64,000 nt of DNA from Octopus sinensis. Lineage: Eukaryota. A program made the position numbers and the translations under genes. Shown here in pieces: positions 1 through 13,499 of this stretch. The stretch covers positions 38,254,001 through 38,318,000 of the forward strand of contig NC_043015.1 of the NCBI RefSeq assembly GCF_006345805.1. Direction: 5' to 3'. Within the stretch, counting starts at the first letter, position 1. Every line of letters starts with the position of its first letter. The notes beneath the pieces were generated by a model. It made no database searches. It worked only from the letters and a program-made list of their open reading frames with translations, and was not told the origin of the DNA.

Positions 1-50
<50 letters not shown>

Positions 51-202
51 GGATATATATGTGTGTGTGTGTTTGTACGTATATATATGCATATACAAAC
101 AGAAATCCACATGTGTGTGTGTGTGTGCATGTGCATGGGTGTGAGACTGTATCATCTCTTAGTTTTATTGTCCCTCTCCTAACCATACACACACTCTCTC
201 TC

Positions 203-244
<42 letters not shown>

Positions 245-609
245 ATGAGGTTTACATTAACTTTTCAGAGCTAACATTTGTTTACTTATTATTATTATTA
301 CTATTATTATTATTATCATTATTATTATTATTATTATCATTATTATTCAGTCACATCCCGTTTCCACACTTGTGTGTATTTAGTATTGTATTACATTCTA
401 ATATTCTATCACTACAGTCGATGGGCCTGAATGGTAGTGAGAACGATGGTAGCAGCGGCGGCGGTGACGGTGGTGGTGGCAGTTTAGGAGGAAGTCATCA
501 TTATCACCATCATTACCACCACCACCACCACCACCACCATTCCCATCATCAGTCATCATCTTCATTACTATCATCATAGCTAATTTCCCCATCATCCTTT
601 AACTATTGC

Positions 610-658
<49 letters not shown>

Positions 659-1539
659 GTATAGGTTTCCTCATTTAGGTGTGGTGATGATACAGAAATG
701 TCAAAGTAACAGACATGATACACAGCAAGCAGCATCCAGCTGCATTCCTGGCCGTTCTCAGTTCAAACCTGGCAACCCTTTCTAGATAGGAATTGGGGGA
801 TCACTACAGTTGATACCCATCCCCTACCCCTGCAACATAGAATCTGTGGCCATGTACCCATCTTGAAAACCATCACCATCATCATCATCATTATTACTGT
901 TATGATGGCAAACAGGTAGAACTTAGCAAATCAGACAAAATGGTTCGTTAACATTTCTTCTGGCTTCACACTCTGAGTTCAAACTCTACAGAGTTCAACT
1001 TTGCCTCTCATCCCTTTCGGGGTCAGTCAGATAAGAAGCAGTTAAGGCAGTGAGTAGGCAGAAACGTTTGCATGCCGGGCAAAATGCTTAGCGGTATTTC
1101 GTCTGTCATTATGTTCTGAGTTCAAATTCCGTAGAGGTAGACTTTGCCTTTCATCCTTCAGGATTGATAAATTAAATACCAGTGAAGCACTGGGGTTGAT
1201 CTAATCGACTGGCCCCCTCCCCACAAACTTCAGGCCTTTGCTTTTAGTAAAAAGTATTATTATTATTATTTTTTTATGTTTGACTTTTGCTTTGTATTTG
1301 TACAAGTTGGCTTCAAGTCTCACCCAGAGACCTCAAGACACAACAATTTCAGGTCTTGTGCCTTTAGTAGAAAGGATTATTACCATTATCTCTAAGGCTG
1401 AGAGATGGCAGAATCTTTAGCATGCACGCCAAAATGCTTAGCGTTTCAGGGTCAATAAATTAAGTACCAGTTATGCACTGGGGTCAATGTAATTGACTTA
1501 ACTCCTCCCCTCAAAATTTCAGGCTATTTAGTAGAAAGG

Positions 1540-1583
<44 letters not shown>

Positions 1584-1960
1584 CATTTCTTTGGTAGTTT
1601 CATGTGAATTTCCACTGCACCATCTGCTGCACCCCCTGATGTCTGTGTGGCATTGTGTTCTTACTTTTGTGAGGGCCAGAGGAATATAAATTGCTCCAGC
1701 TGCTGCCCAGCACCAGTTTGCTTTGTTATAGGGTTTACCTTCTTTTTTCTTGTAACATTAGTGTTTAATGTTTCGGGCCTTAATCTTGTATGGGATATGT
1801 CGCACATGTGGCTTAAAATTGTTAAACACTTATTGCACAGGATGTCAGCTGATCTTAGCAGAGCTATTTTTTTTAGATATATTAAGAGAGAAGGGGGACA
1901 GTGTTGAATTGGTATTAGCCACGCGACTGGCACCCAGCAGATGCCAGGACCCCTGGATTG

Positions 1961-2328
1961 GTGGTACGTAAAAAGCACTATCCGAATCGTGGCCGATGCC
2001 AGCCCCGCCTCGACTGGCTTCCGTGCCGGTGGCTCGTAAAAAGCACCATCCGAATCGTGGCCGATGCCAGTGCCGCCTCGACTGGCTTCTGTGCCGGTGG
2101 CACGTAAAATGCACCAATCTGACCGTGGCCGTTGCCAGCCTCGCCTGGCACCTGTGCAGGTGGCACGTAAAAAGCACCCACTACACTCACGGAGTGGTTG
2201 GCGTTAGGAAGGGCATCCAGCTGTAGAAATATTGCCAGATCAGACTGGACCCTGGTGCAGCCTTCTGGCTTCCCAGATCCCCGGTTGAACCGTCCAACCC
2301 ATGCTAGCATGGAGAACGGACGTTAAAC

Positions 2329-2330
<2 letters not shown>
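1961..2330 (+). mobile_element. Family A repeat (RTE-3'-tail-like) with about 4 tandem ~65-bp units and (GAT)n tail
   Basis: Repeated gtggcacgtaaaaagcacc cores, then ggagtggttggcgttaggaagggcatccagctgtagaaa...cgttaaacga(tga)n. Confidence 0.8.
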
Positions 2331-2361
<31 letters not shown>

Positions 2362-2438
2362 ATATAATAATAATAATAAAAGGGTAATAATAAAAGGGTA
2401 AAATCAATTAATTAATCAATTAATTTATATTTTGAAAT

Positions 2439-2506
2439 GCTGCACTGAAGATGAGAAATAAGTAAGTAACTATAACTTTACTTTAATCTCGAAATCCATA
2501 TGTAGC
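2439..2506 (+). ncRNA. Type I hammerhead-like motif (extra U after A9, minimal stem III)
   Basis: GCTGCA-CTGAAGA-T-GAGA...TCTC-GAAA-TCCA-TA^TGTAGC. Stem I is 6 bp with one GU pair; stem II is 4 bp with an extended AT-rich hairpin. Confidence 0.6.
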
Positions 2507-2584
2507 TAATCTGAGTAGCTAATCTGCATTCTTTATTTATATACATACATATATATATATACATACATATATATATATACATAC

Positions 2585-2669
<85 letters not shown>

Positions 2670-2670
<1 letters not shown>

Positions 2671-2930
2671 TATAGGCGTAGGAGTGGCTGTGTGGCAAAT
2701 AGCTTGCTTACGAACCACATGGTTCCAAGTTCAGTCCCACTGTGTGGCACCTTGGGCAAGTGTCTTCAACAATAGTCTCAGGCTGACCAATACCTTGTGT
2801 GTTTGTCCCCACCCCCCACCTGCTTGACAACTGGTGTTAGTATGAATAGATTTGTTTTATTACTGAGCAGTTCAGCAAACAAGACTGATAGAATAGGTAC
2901 AGGGGATCAATTCATTTGACTAAAAATTCC
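2670..2930 (+). mobile_element. Family B tRNA-derived SINE
   Basis: Head ggagtggctgtgtgg...ggttccaagttcagtcccactg..ggcaccttgggcaagtgtcttc. Related copies lie at about 8715-8850 (+), 42825-42985 (+), 12570-12650, 31205-31320, 35815-35960, 40195-40280, 46445-46610 and 46730-47000 (-). Confidence 0.75.
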
Positions 2931-3249
2931 TCAAGGCCGTGAAGTAAATGATAGAAATTTTTGTACGTGTGTGTGTGTTGGACCATTTTGCAGAACTGTT
3001 AGCTTAAGGGAATATAACCAAACACCCATCGTCCAACAGAAAAAGAGAAACAAATAAGACACACACACAAACACACACACAGATACACACACACACACGC
3101 ACACACACACTACACACACACACGGGGGAGTGCGGGGGTGTGAAGAGGAGATGAAAGCCTGTAGAAAAGACCTCAATCATATTTCCTAAACAACATCAAA
3201 CATGTATTGAACAGTGTTTATGAAAAAAAAAATCAATATTTTGTAGTTT

Positions 3250-3850
3250 GTGATGTTGTAGTGGCAGTGGTGACGGTAGTGGTTGCTGTGTGGTGGTGAT
3301 TGTGGTAGTTGGTGTTGTAGTTGTTGTCATGGTAATTGTGGTGGTGGTGATTGTAGTGGTGGTGCAGGTGGTGAATGTGGTAGTGGTGGTGATTGTGGTG
3401 GTGGCGGTGGTAGTGGTGATTGTGGTGGTGGTGGTGCTGGTGGTGGTGATTGTAGTGGTGGTGGTGGTGGTGGTGGTGGTGATTGTAGTGGTGGTGGTGG
3501 TGATTGTAGTGGTGGTGCTGGTGATTGTAGTGGTGGTGCTGGTGGTGGTGGTGATTGTGGTGGTGGCGCTGGTGGTGAATGTGGTAGTGGTGGTGGTGGT
3601 GGGGGGTGATTGTGGTGGTGGTGGTGATTGTAGTGGTAGTGGTAGTGGTTATTGTAGTGGTGGTGGTGGTGGTGTTGTGGTGATTGGAGGGAAGGGGGAT
3701 TGTGGTACATATGCTCCTGTTGTTGTGGTGATGAGGGTGTTGCTGTTATTATTGCTGTTGTTGTTGGTGTTGTGATGGTGGTGGTGGTGATGGTGGTGGT
3801 TATTTTCATTATTGTAGTAAATGATTGCTATTGTTGTTGTTGTTGTTGTC
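3250..3850. repeat. (GGT)n-derived low-complexity tract
   Basis: Source of the poly-G/V/P spurious ORFs. Confidence 0.9.
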
Positions 3851-4163
3851 ATCGTTTAACCTGCAACAGCTGGTTGGTGGGTGGATAGATTAGAAAAAGA
3901 GTGAGCATATACGTTTGGCCATCAGGGGACTGTACGTGAGTGTATCTGTGCGTGTATGCATGCGAGTGTGTGTGTGTGTAAACAGATGGACATAGATATT
4001 GTGTTTAAGAAGACACAAAGAGAACATGTTAGCATTAAGGAAAAAAAACCCACATCAAGATAAGGAACTTAATATAGAAGAATGAATGTATATTTATAAA
4101 ATGATTTGTACAAAGATACACACTCCAAACACACATGCACACATTTGTGTGTGAGCATATGTG

Positions 4164-4201
<38 letters not shown>

Positions 4202-4724
4202 ACCACCGTCATCAGCAAGTACATATGTACTCTACAGAAAATTATTGAGTGCTCCTTCAAATTAAGGTTTGGAGTGTTTTAATTTATAACTTTGCATAAT
4301 AAGCAAACCTATTAATGTATCACCACCACCACCACCACCACTGCTAACTCTACTGCCACCACCATCATCGTCTAATGTCCGTGTTCTTCCATGCTGTTGC
4401 AAGTTGAATGATTTGAGAGGATCCAATGGGCCCAAAGACTGCATTGTGGTCCAATGTCTGCTTTGGCATGGTTTTCTATGACTGGGTGCCCTTCCTAATG
4501 CCAACCACTGTCTCAGTGTGTGTGCTTGTGCCAGATGGTTGTCTTCGTGCCAGTGGTACGAAGTGAGGTTCCCACGCTGCTCAAAAGACTAGAAACCTTA
4601 ATACATGTATATATGTGAATGCATATACATGGTGGATGTTTACAGTGGATGTCTGCGGTGGAATCTGACCACCTCTTGTACTTACACTTCAGATCCATCA
4701 TGGCGTCTGATGAGGCTTTTTAAA

Positions 4725-4830
4725 CCAGAAATAAAGTGTCTTGCTCAAGAACACAATATGCAGTGTGGTCCAGGAATTGAGCTCACAACCCAACAATTGT
4801 AAGCTCGATGCTCTAACCACTGAGCCACTC
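4725..4830 (-). mobile_element. 5' fragment of the same tRNA-SINE family as 62147-62490
   Basis: Reverse complement matches the SINE head (gaaataaagtgtcttgctcaagaacacaa...ctctaaccactgagcca). Confidence 0.75.
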
Positions 4831-5979
4831 AGCTGGCAAAGATGAGTACTACCTGCATTTCAAAGTGGCCAACCTTGTCATATTCTGTGTATCATGCAGA
4901 ATCTCCCTCAGAACTACATTAAGGATACACGTATCTGTGGAGTACTCAGCCATTTGCACGTTAATTTCACGAGCAGGCTGTTCTGTTGATTGGACCAACT
5001 TGTATATTCATCAGAGTAACCTACGGAGTGTCAGTTAATGTGTGATTTGAGGGTGATTTGGGCTGCTATTTTTAGCAGGTTGGGTGAAAATCCCCTTGTT
5101 TGCTCAAAATGTTGTTGTGTCATTGATGTTGTTGTTGGTATTGTTGTTGTTTAGTTTCAAGTGAGAAGTAACCGAGCAGGTCAAAGTTCAAAACCAACGA
5201 AGCCATGGTTACCCTAGCTCTGCTTTACAGGGTGCAATGTACCTTGGACAACACTACCCAATGTATCTTTTGTTAAGATTGTAGCGTGTAGTTTAAGGCA
5301 GATTTAGCTGCTATTTCTAGCATGTCAAACAAATACGTAGGGTCCCCACCCTCCACCCTTCACTGGGTGGTGGTAGCGTTGCAGATTTCAAGTTATTTAT
5401 ATGGTTTCAGGTGTAATGCCGCTCTTGGAAATGCATGAACGCCACAGGCTCTCATGTTAAGTATCAATGCTCTTATGTTTTGTGATAAGTTATTGATTCG
5501 GCGATCAATACATCAACAACAACAACAACAGCAACAAAGACAAAAGCAGCAGCAGCAGCAGCAAATGCTATTTTGGCAAACAAACATGATACAACAATTA
5601 GTTTCCTTATATATTTATCTCTGACAGCAATTATATATGAATAATTAATGATATTTAATGAATTATTAATGAGATCTAATAAAGTCGACACAGCTGGTGA
5701 GTATTACAAGTTGTTTAATATACACACACACATGGAAACACACACACACACACGCGTGTGTGTGTGTGTGTGTGTTGACAGTAAAATGTCAGCTTGGTCG
5801 TGGATAGTTGTTTGCTCATAGTTATTGGTGAGTGGACTGAAGGATTATAGAGTGGACACAGTGACCAACAGGTAGAGCAACAGATAGACACAGATTGTGG
5901 ACAGACAGTTAGACTGATGGATAGACAATATGCAGATGGTGAGTGATATTTAGACTGATTGATGGATAGACAACATGGA

Positions 5980-6234
5980 GTTAGAGATGGTAGGCAGACA
6001 GAGAGACAGACAGATAGACACAGTGTGAAGATGGTGACTGGTTGTTAGACCAATAGACAGACAGGGTTGAGATGGTAATGGTAGTTAGACTGATAGATAG
6101 ACAGACAGTGTGGAGGTAGTGATTGATAGTTTGATAGTTAGACAGACAGACACCGTGAGGAGATGGTTGTGGTAGATAGACCAAGAGATAGATAGATAGA
6201 CTGTGTGGAGATGGTGAGCAGTAGATAGACCAAG

Positions 6235-6285
<51 letters not shown>

Positions 6286-6323
6286 CAGAATGTGGAGATG
6301 GTGAACAGTAGATAGACCAAGAC

Positions 6324-6364
<41 letters not shown>

Positions 6365-6406
6365 CAGACAGAATGTGGAGATGGTGAGCAGTAGATAGAC
6401 CAAGAC

Positions 6407-6475
<69 letters not shown>

Positions 6476-6560
6476 CAGAATGTGGAGATGGTGAACAGTA
6501 GATAGACCAAGACATAGATAGATAGACACAGTGTGGAGATGGTGACTGGTTTAGACAGAC
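5980..6560. repeat. (GATA)n compound/higher-order repeat
   Basis: The unit tgtggagatggtga(a/g)cagtagatagaccaaga recurs four times between GATA tracts of variable length. Confidence 0.85.
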
Positions 6561-6689
6561 AGTGTGTAGATATTGTGTATAGATGTTGAGTGCGTATATG
6601 CTGTGTTGAATGTATGGAGAGACAGTGTGTAAAATGTTGAGTGTGTAGATCTGGAGCACAGACAAAAAAATGCTGCGGATCAGAACATA

Positions 6690-6728
<39 letters not shown>

Positions 6729-7195
6729 CTATACAGAGGGCCCCTACACACACACAAACTCACACCCCCACACATTTTAAACTGGCACAGAAACTTGGAA
6801 AGACACAAACAAAAAACACAAATGATTGCAAAGACACACCCATACACATACTCTCTGCCCTCCCTCTCTGTCCCTCTCTCTCCCTTCCTCTTTTTCTCTC
6901 CCTCCCTCCTTCTATCTCCCCTCCCCACACTCTCCCTCTCTCTTCAGCAGAGCAGAACTCTTTATTCTCATACTTCAAGTTTATGAGTTACATTTGTGCG
7001 TGACTGTGTTGGGGAGGGGAGGGGTCTGTGTGCGTCTTTATACATACATACATGCATGCATATATATTTGTAAATATATATATATATATACATATATATA
7101 TGTATTCATATAGATATATATTCATCAAAATATGTATATATGTGCATGTTTTTATATGTGTGTGTGTGGTGTGTGTGTGTGCACATCATCATCAT

Positions 7196-8610
7196 CATCG
7201 TCATTTAACATCCATTTTCCATGGTGGACGATTTGACTGAGGGCTGTTTCTACAGCTGGATGCCCTTCCTAATGCCAACCACTCTGAAAGTGTAGTGGGT
7301 GCTTTTTACGTGCCACCAGCATGAGGGCCAGTCAGGCGGCACTGGCATCGACCACACTCGAATGGTGCTTTTTACGTGCCACCAGCACGAGGGCCAGTCA
7401 GGCGGCACTGGCATCGACCACACTCGAATGGTGCTTTTTACGTGCCACCAGCACGAGGGCCAGTCAGGCGGCACTGGCATCGACCACACTCGAATGGTGC
7501 TTTTTACGTGCCACCAGCACGAGGGCCAGTCAGGCGGCCACTGGCATCGACCACACTCGAATGGTGCTTTTTACGTGCCACCAGCACGAGGCCAGTCAGG
7601 CGGCACTGGCATCGACCACACTCGAATGGTGCTTTTTACGTGCCACCAGCACGAGGGCCAGTCAGGCGGCACTGGCATCGACCACACTCGAATGGTGCTT
7701 TTTACGTGCCACCAGCACGAGGGCCAGTCAGGCGGCACTGGCATCGACCACACTCGAATGGTGCTTTTTACGTGCCACCAGCACGAGGGCCAGTCAGGCG
7801 GCACTGGCATCGACCACACTCGAATGGTGCTTTTTACGTGCCACCAGCACGAGGGCCAGTCAGGCGGCACTGGCATCGACCACACTCGAATGGTGCTTTT
7901 TACGTGCCACCAGCACGAGGGCCAGTCAGGCGGCACTGGCATCGACCACACTCGAATGGTGCTTTTTACGTGCCACCAGCACGAGGGCCAGTCAGGCGGC
8001 ACTGGCATCGACCACACTCGAATGGTGCTTTTTACGTGCCACCAGCACGAGGGCCAGTCAGGCGGCACTGGCATCGACCACACTCGAATGGTGCTTTTTA
8101 CGTGCCACCAGCACGAGGGCCAGTCAGGCGGCACTGGCATCGACCACACTCGAATGGTGCTTTTTACGTGCCACCAGCACGAGGGCCAGTCAGGCGGCAC
8201 TGGCATCGACCACACTCGAATGGTGCTTTTTACGTGCCACCAGCACGAGGGCCAGTCAGGCGGCACTGGCATCGACCACACTCGAATGGTGCTTTTTACG
8301 TGCCACCAGCACGAGGGCCAGTCAGGCGGCACTGGCATCGACCACACTCGAATGGTGCTTTTTACGTGCCACCAGCACGAGGGCCAGTCAGGCGGCACTG
8401 GCATCGACCACACTCGAATGGTGCTTTTTACGTGCCACCAGCACGAGGGCCAGTCAGGCGGCACTGGCATCGACCACACTCGAATGGTGCTTTTTACGTG
8501 CCACCGGCACGAGGGCCAGTCAGGCGGCACTGGCATCGACCACACTCGAATGGTGCTTTTTACGTGCCACCGGCATGGGTGCCGCTTAGGCAGTACTGTC
8601 GTTGACCATG
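7196..8610 (-). mobile_element. Family A repeat carrying the expanded 66-bp array
   Basis: Same tail in reverse (tttctacagctggatgcccttcctaatgccaacc) followed by the array. Confidence 0.8.
7299..8576. repeat. 66-bp tandem array, 19 full near-identical units (20 cores)
   Basis: The core gtgctttttacgtgcc recurs at 7299, 7365, 7431, 7497, 7564, 7629 and onward to 8553. This gives 22-aa periodicity in the spurious ORFs. Confidence 0.97.
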
Positions 8611-9299
8611 CATGTGTGTGTATATATATATATATATATGTATGTGTGTGCATGTGCATGTGTGTGTGTGTGCGTGTGTATAGATAGATAGATACATATA
8701 TATATATATATATGCAGGAATGGCTGTGCAATTAAGAAGCTCACTTCACAACCAAATGGCTCCAGGTTCAGTCCTGCCGGGCAGCACCTTGGGCAAGTGT
8801 TTTCTACTACAGCTCTCGGTTGACCAATGCCTTTTTAGTGAACTTGGAAGCTTGTTGTGTGTGTGTGTGTGTGTGTGTATGTGCACATGCGTGCATGTAT
8901 GCATGCTTGTGTGTATATATGAGTGTGTATGTGTGCATGTGTGCAAGCATGTAAACATGAGTGTGTATTTTACAGTTTCTTTGTTGTGTCTTCATGTTTG
9001 TTTTTGCAATCTTCTGTAAAAACATGTCTGGCCATGGGGGGAGATATTAACTTGCTTGGAGACAGGTGAGGGTTGGCAACAGAAAGAGCACCCAGTCATA
9101 GAGAAGACCTGCTTCAATAATAAACTCTATCTGATTCAAGCAAGCATGGAAATGAGGATGTTAGAATTATGACGACGATAGTGATGACGACGATGATGAT
9201 GATGATGATGATGATGACGACGATGATGATGATGATGATGATGACGACGACGATGATGATGGTGATGATGATGATGATGATATATATGACTGTATGGTA

Positions 9300-9680
9300 G
9301 AAGAGGAATTAGATACTTTTAGCAATGATGACAACTGCGATTGTGTGTTTGGATAAGCTAGTGTGGACGGCTGAAGGTCCCGACCAGACCCAAAGTGACC
9401 TGGTGGTGGAACGTTGAAGAAAGTCTGGAAGGAAGCTGGAAGTAGAGAGCACTCCCAAATGGCCAGAAGAGGAGCTAAGTATAGAGTATTCTTAGTTAGC
9501 GGGGAGGAAATGTTAGGAACTATGCCAATTTTCAAGGAAAATGTGGTAGGCAAATTGAGCCAAAAATGTGTAGGGTTTGAGGTCCCTTTTTTCAACCTCT
9601 CAAATGTTGGTTCCGCATGGAACACACCTAAGTACACCCTGTGAAATGGTTGGTAACGGGAATGGTATTCATCTGTAGAA
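9300..9680 (+). mobile_element. Degenerate RTE-like LINE ORF fragment
   Basis: PTRPKVTWWWN and GSREHSQMARRGAKYRVFLVSGEE resemble the endonuclease-RT linker of RTE-like elements. Confidence 0.65.
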
Positions 9681-9691
9681 AGCAAAGCCAA

Positions 9692-9725
<34 letters not shown>

Positions 9726-10462
9726 TTACACCCACACCTACATCCATACAAATATCCGTCTATGGCAACAGCTCCTGACAGGAGATGAGCACACTAACCC
9801 ATCCAATTCATACAAGCAGGGAAAGCAAATGCACAAATGATGATATATACACATATACACAACAACAACAACAACTACATCAATAATAATAATAACAACA
9901 TTAACAATAATAGGAGTAATAATCTTTTCTGTTACAGGCACAAAGCCTGAGATTGTGGGTGAGGAGTTAAGTTGATTACATTCGCCCCAATGCATGACTG
10001 GCACTTAATTTATTGACCCCTGAAAGTCGACCTCAGCAGAATTTGAACCCAGAATCTAGCAACAGTGAAAATACTGTTGAGCATTTCGTCCAGTGTCCTA
10101 ATGGTTCTGTGAGCTCATTCCCTTAACAATAATAACAACAATAATCCTTTCTACTGGAAGCACAAGGCCTCAAATTTGGGGAAAAGGGATTAAGTCGATT
10201 ATATCGGACCCCAATGCATAACTGGTACTAATTTTATCGACCTCGAAAGGATGAAAGGCACAGTCGACCTCAGCGGAATTTGAACTCAGAATGTAAGGAC
10301 AGATGAAATACTGCTAAGTATTACGGTCCGGGATATTGCCTTAACAACAACAACAGACACAAGGCCTGGAATTTCCATATCTCCTGGTTTGATAAAACAC
10401 GCATATATTTATACAAACCCACAGACATACACACACACATTTATAATATATTTATATAATTA

Positions 10463-10538
<76 letters not shown>

Positions 10539-10828
10539 GGCAGATAGAAAGGCAGACAGACAGATGCCTATACACAAGTGTGTGTGTGTGTGTACATTTA
10601 TTAACACACAAATAAGTACATACTGGGTGAAGTTACGCCTGTGTTGGCATGCGTGTATATTTTCAAGGTTATGTTTGCGTGGAATTTTGTCTAAATGCAT
10701 CAGTGTGTGTGTATGTGTGTGTGTGTGTGTGTGAGTGTGCATACATCTAGTTGTACATATGTGTGCATATATGAGTGTGTGTATATGTATATTTAAATGT
10801 TTGTAAATCTATGTTTCTTTGTATATAT

Positions 10829-10892
<64 letters not shown>

Positions 10893-10893
10893 A

Positions 10894-10971
<78 letters not shown>

Positions 10972-11592
10972 TATATGGATCTGTGTGTGCTTGAATGTAT
11001 ATACTTGTGTGTGTGTATGTGTGTGTGTGTGTGTATAAGCAACAGAAAAATGTTATTTCTAGAAAAGCGGAAGATATTTTAAACAGGAAGTTGGATAGAG
11101 ACAGATGTTGTTGCTGAAATACCAGTGATAACATAGGGTTCGCTTCAGATAAATTCCTCAGCAAAGTGAACAGACATATTGGCTGTATGTGTACACAAAG
11201 GCCAACCATGTACACACACACTCACATATACATCACATACATTACATACACACCCACCTTCACACTCACGCACACACACACACGCGTGCATCCACATAGT
11301 GTGTGTATGTGTGCGTGTATGTATATGTGTGTGAGTGTGTGATGTACTTGACCTTGCCAATATATACATATATACACACATAAACACAGTACACACAAAC
11401 ACACGTGCATACATATGCATATGCATATATGCACACATACACACACCACACGCAGACACACACTCATTCACACACAGCAGCAGCAGCAGCAAGCCTCTCC
11501 CTGTTCTGTCCCTGAGTGTCTGAGTGTTGAAAAGTCAGTTGTGTAAAGAGCAAGATGGGATAGGCCGAATAAAAGAGCTGCTGCTGCTACTG

Positions 11593-11626
<34 letters not shown>

Positions 11627-11754
11627 CAATGGAAATGATAATCATTATCAGCAGAATCTGATGTGTATTCTACCAGCATTTTCCCAGTGTTTTAATGGGA
11701 CAAATAAGAATTAAAATCATAAAAATAACCATAGCAATCATAACAACAGCAACA

Positions 11755-11802
11755 ACAATAAAAATAATAAAATAATAAATAATAATAATAATAATAATAA
11801 TA

Positions 11803-11834
<32 letters not shown>

Positions 11835-11856
11835 GTAATAATAATAATATTAATAA

Positions 11857-11887
<31 letters not shown>

Positions 11888-11966
11888 AAATAATAAAAAT
11901 AAAAAAATTAATAATAAAAAAATAGTGATGATAACAGCAATAATAATAATAATAATAAAAATAATA

Positions 11967-12000
<34 letters not shown>

Positions 12001-12115
12001 TAATAATAATAATAATAATAGTAATAATAATAATAATTAATAATAATAATAAAAATAAAAATAATTAATAATAAAAAATAGTGATGATAACAGCAATAAT
12101 AATAATAATAATAAT
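11755..12115. repeat. (AAT)n tract with an internal ~100-bp duplication
   Basis: aaaaaatagtgatgataacagcaataat occurs twice. Confidence 0.85.
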
Positions 12116-13499
12116 AGTTCTTTCTGCTTTAGGCACAGGGGCCTGAAATGTTGTAGGAGGGTTCAGTGGATTAGATTAACTCTATTGTTCAACTGGTATT
12201 TATTTTATTGACCCCAAAAGGATGAAAGGCAAAGTTGACCTCAGCAAAATTTGACCTTAGAACATAAAGATGGATGAAATGCGGTCAAGCATTCCATCAG
12301 GCTCACTTAATAATAATAATATTAATAATAATAATCTTTTCTACTCGAGGCACAAGGCCTGAAATTTTGGGGGAGGGGGCCCAGTTGATTAGATCGACCC
12401 CAGTATGCAACTGGTACTTAATTTATCGACCCCGAAAGGATGAAAGGCAAGGTCAACCTCGGCGGAATTTGAACTCTGAAAGTAGTGGCAGACGAAATAG
12501 CGCTAAGCATTTCGCCCGGTGTGCTAACGATTCTGTCAGCTCGCTACCTTAATAATCAGCCCAGGTCTCTAACAGAAGACACTTGCCCAAAGTGTCATGC
12601 AGTGGGATTGAACCCAGAACCATGTGGTTGGGAAGCAAACTTCTCACCACACACCCACACCCGCACTACAATTGAGTCTTGTTTTTCTTTTTTTTCCTCT
12701 CTCCCTTCTTCTTCTTCCAGTTTCTTCATCCCTCATCATCTTCCTCAGCCAACTGCCTCCTTTATCATTTCCCTCTCAAAGTACTGGTAAAATGTCTCAC
12801 CATCTCCCAAACTCCAGACATTAATTCTCTGCAACATAATGCAAGAAAGCATTCCCCTGATGATCTCTTCAGGTAAAAAACATCCAATACAGGATTCCAA
12901 ACAACCACAACAGTAAATTTGTATTGGAAAAAAACGATATAAACTTCTTTTTATCATATTTTTCCTACATCTGTTCCGTAGTTCATAACATGTAATATTA
13001 CTAAGTATAGTAGTTGCTTAACCCTCACACTGAAATTAGACAGGGCAATGAGAAACTATATGAAGTTCTAAGCTAACACCATAAACAGCGTCAATAAGAT
13101 TATAATAAAAAAGTAAACTCTACACTTGTATTGAGTCCTTCAGTTAGTTAATTACAGCCATATCTATATTTTTACAGAGATGACCTTGAATTAGATCTCA
13201 AAATCTTCATCTGGAAGAAATGGAGCTATCAGAACTCTGACACACCCAGTATTAACTCAGATTACAAAGACACAATTTGATACAGTACATGCATGTGTGT
13301 GTGTATGTGTGTGTGTGTGTATGTGTGTGTGTGTGTGTATGTGTGTGTGTGTATGTGTGTGTGTGTGTGTGTGTGTGTTGTGTATGTGTGTGTGTGTGTG
13401 TGTCTAAAATACTTCATCCTTAAACTCACTTTCATTTTAATTCTCCTACTGCCACTCACCATATTCTTATCAACTATCTGTCACGTGTGCACTTCCTGT

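Noticed and set aside
1661-1920. Cys/His-containing ORF (LCNKC..HMCD..H) as an exon or zinc finger
   Set aside because: Spacing matches no zinc-finger class I recognise, and there are no partner exons.
2409-2445. Good-looking minus-strand acceptor (ttatttctcatcttcag) as the terminal exon
   Set aside because: Phase-0 translation CSISKYKLID* is unlike METTL4, and the site overlaps the hammerhead repeat.
3283-3809. Gly/Cys-, Val- and Pro-rich ORFs resembling extensin or keratin-associated proteins
   Set aside because: (GGT)n-derived low complexity, open in most frames. The same applies to ORFs at 20.5, 27.5, 45.1, 53.4 and 55.2 kb.
4700-4735. CTGATGA-GG..CC-A-GAAA as a seventh hammerhead
   Set aside because: No stem III or stem I partner, and the 3' part belongs to an adjacent SINE.
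5604-5702. Plus-strand AG...GTGAGT-bounded segment as an exon of another gene
   Set aside because: Stops in all three frames and no supporting neighbouring exons.
7299-8576. CRISPR-like appearance of the 66-bp array (and of the 46-bp array at 48.2-48.5 kb)
   Set aside because: No unique spacers, no cas genes, and a eukaryotic context.
7299-8731. 386-462 aa ORFs in several frames
   Set aside because: They result from a stop-free 66-bp tandem unit. They are open on both strands, with no splice or domain evidence.
11440-11580. LTFQHSD as a candidate METTL4 terminal exon
   Set aside because: No acceptor AG at the right position, and the upstream in-frame residues do not fit.
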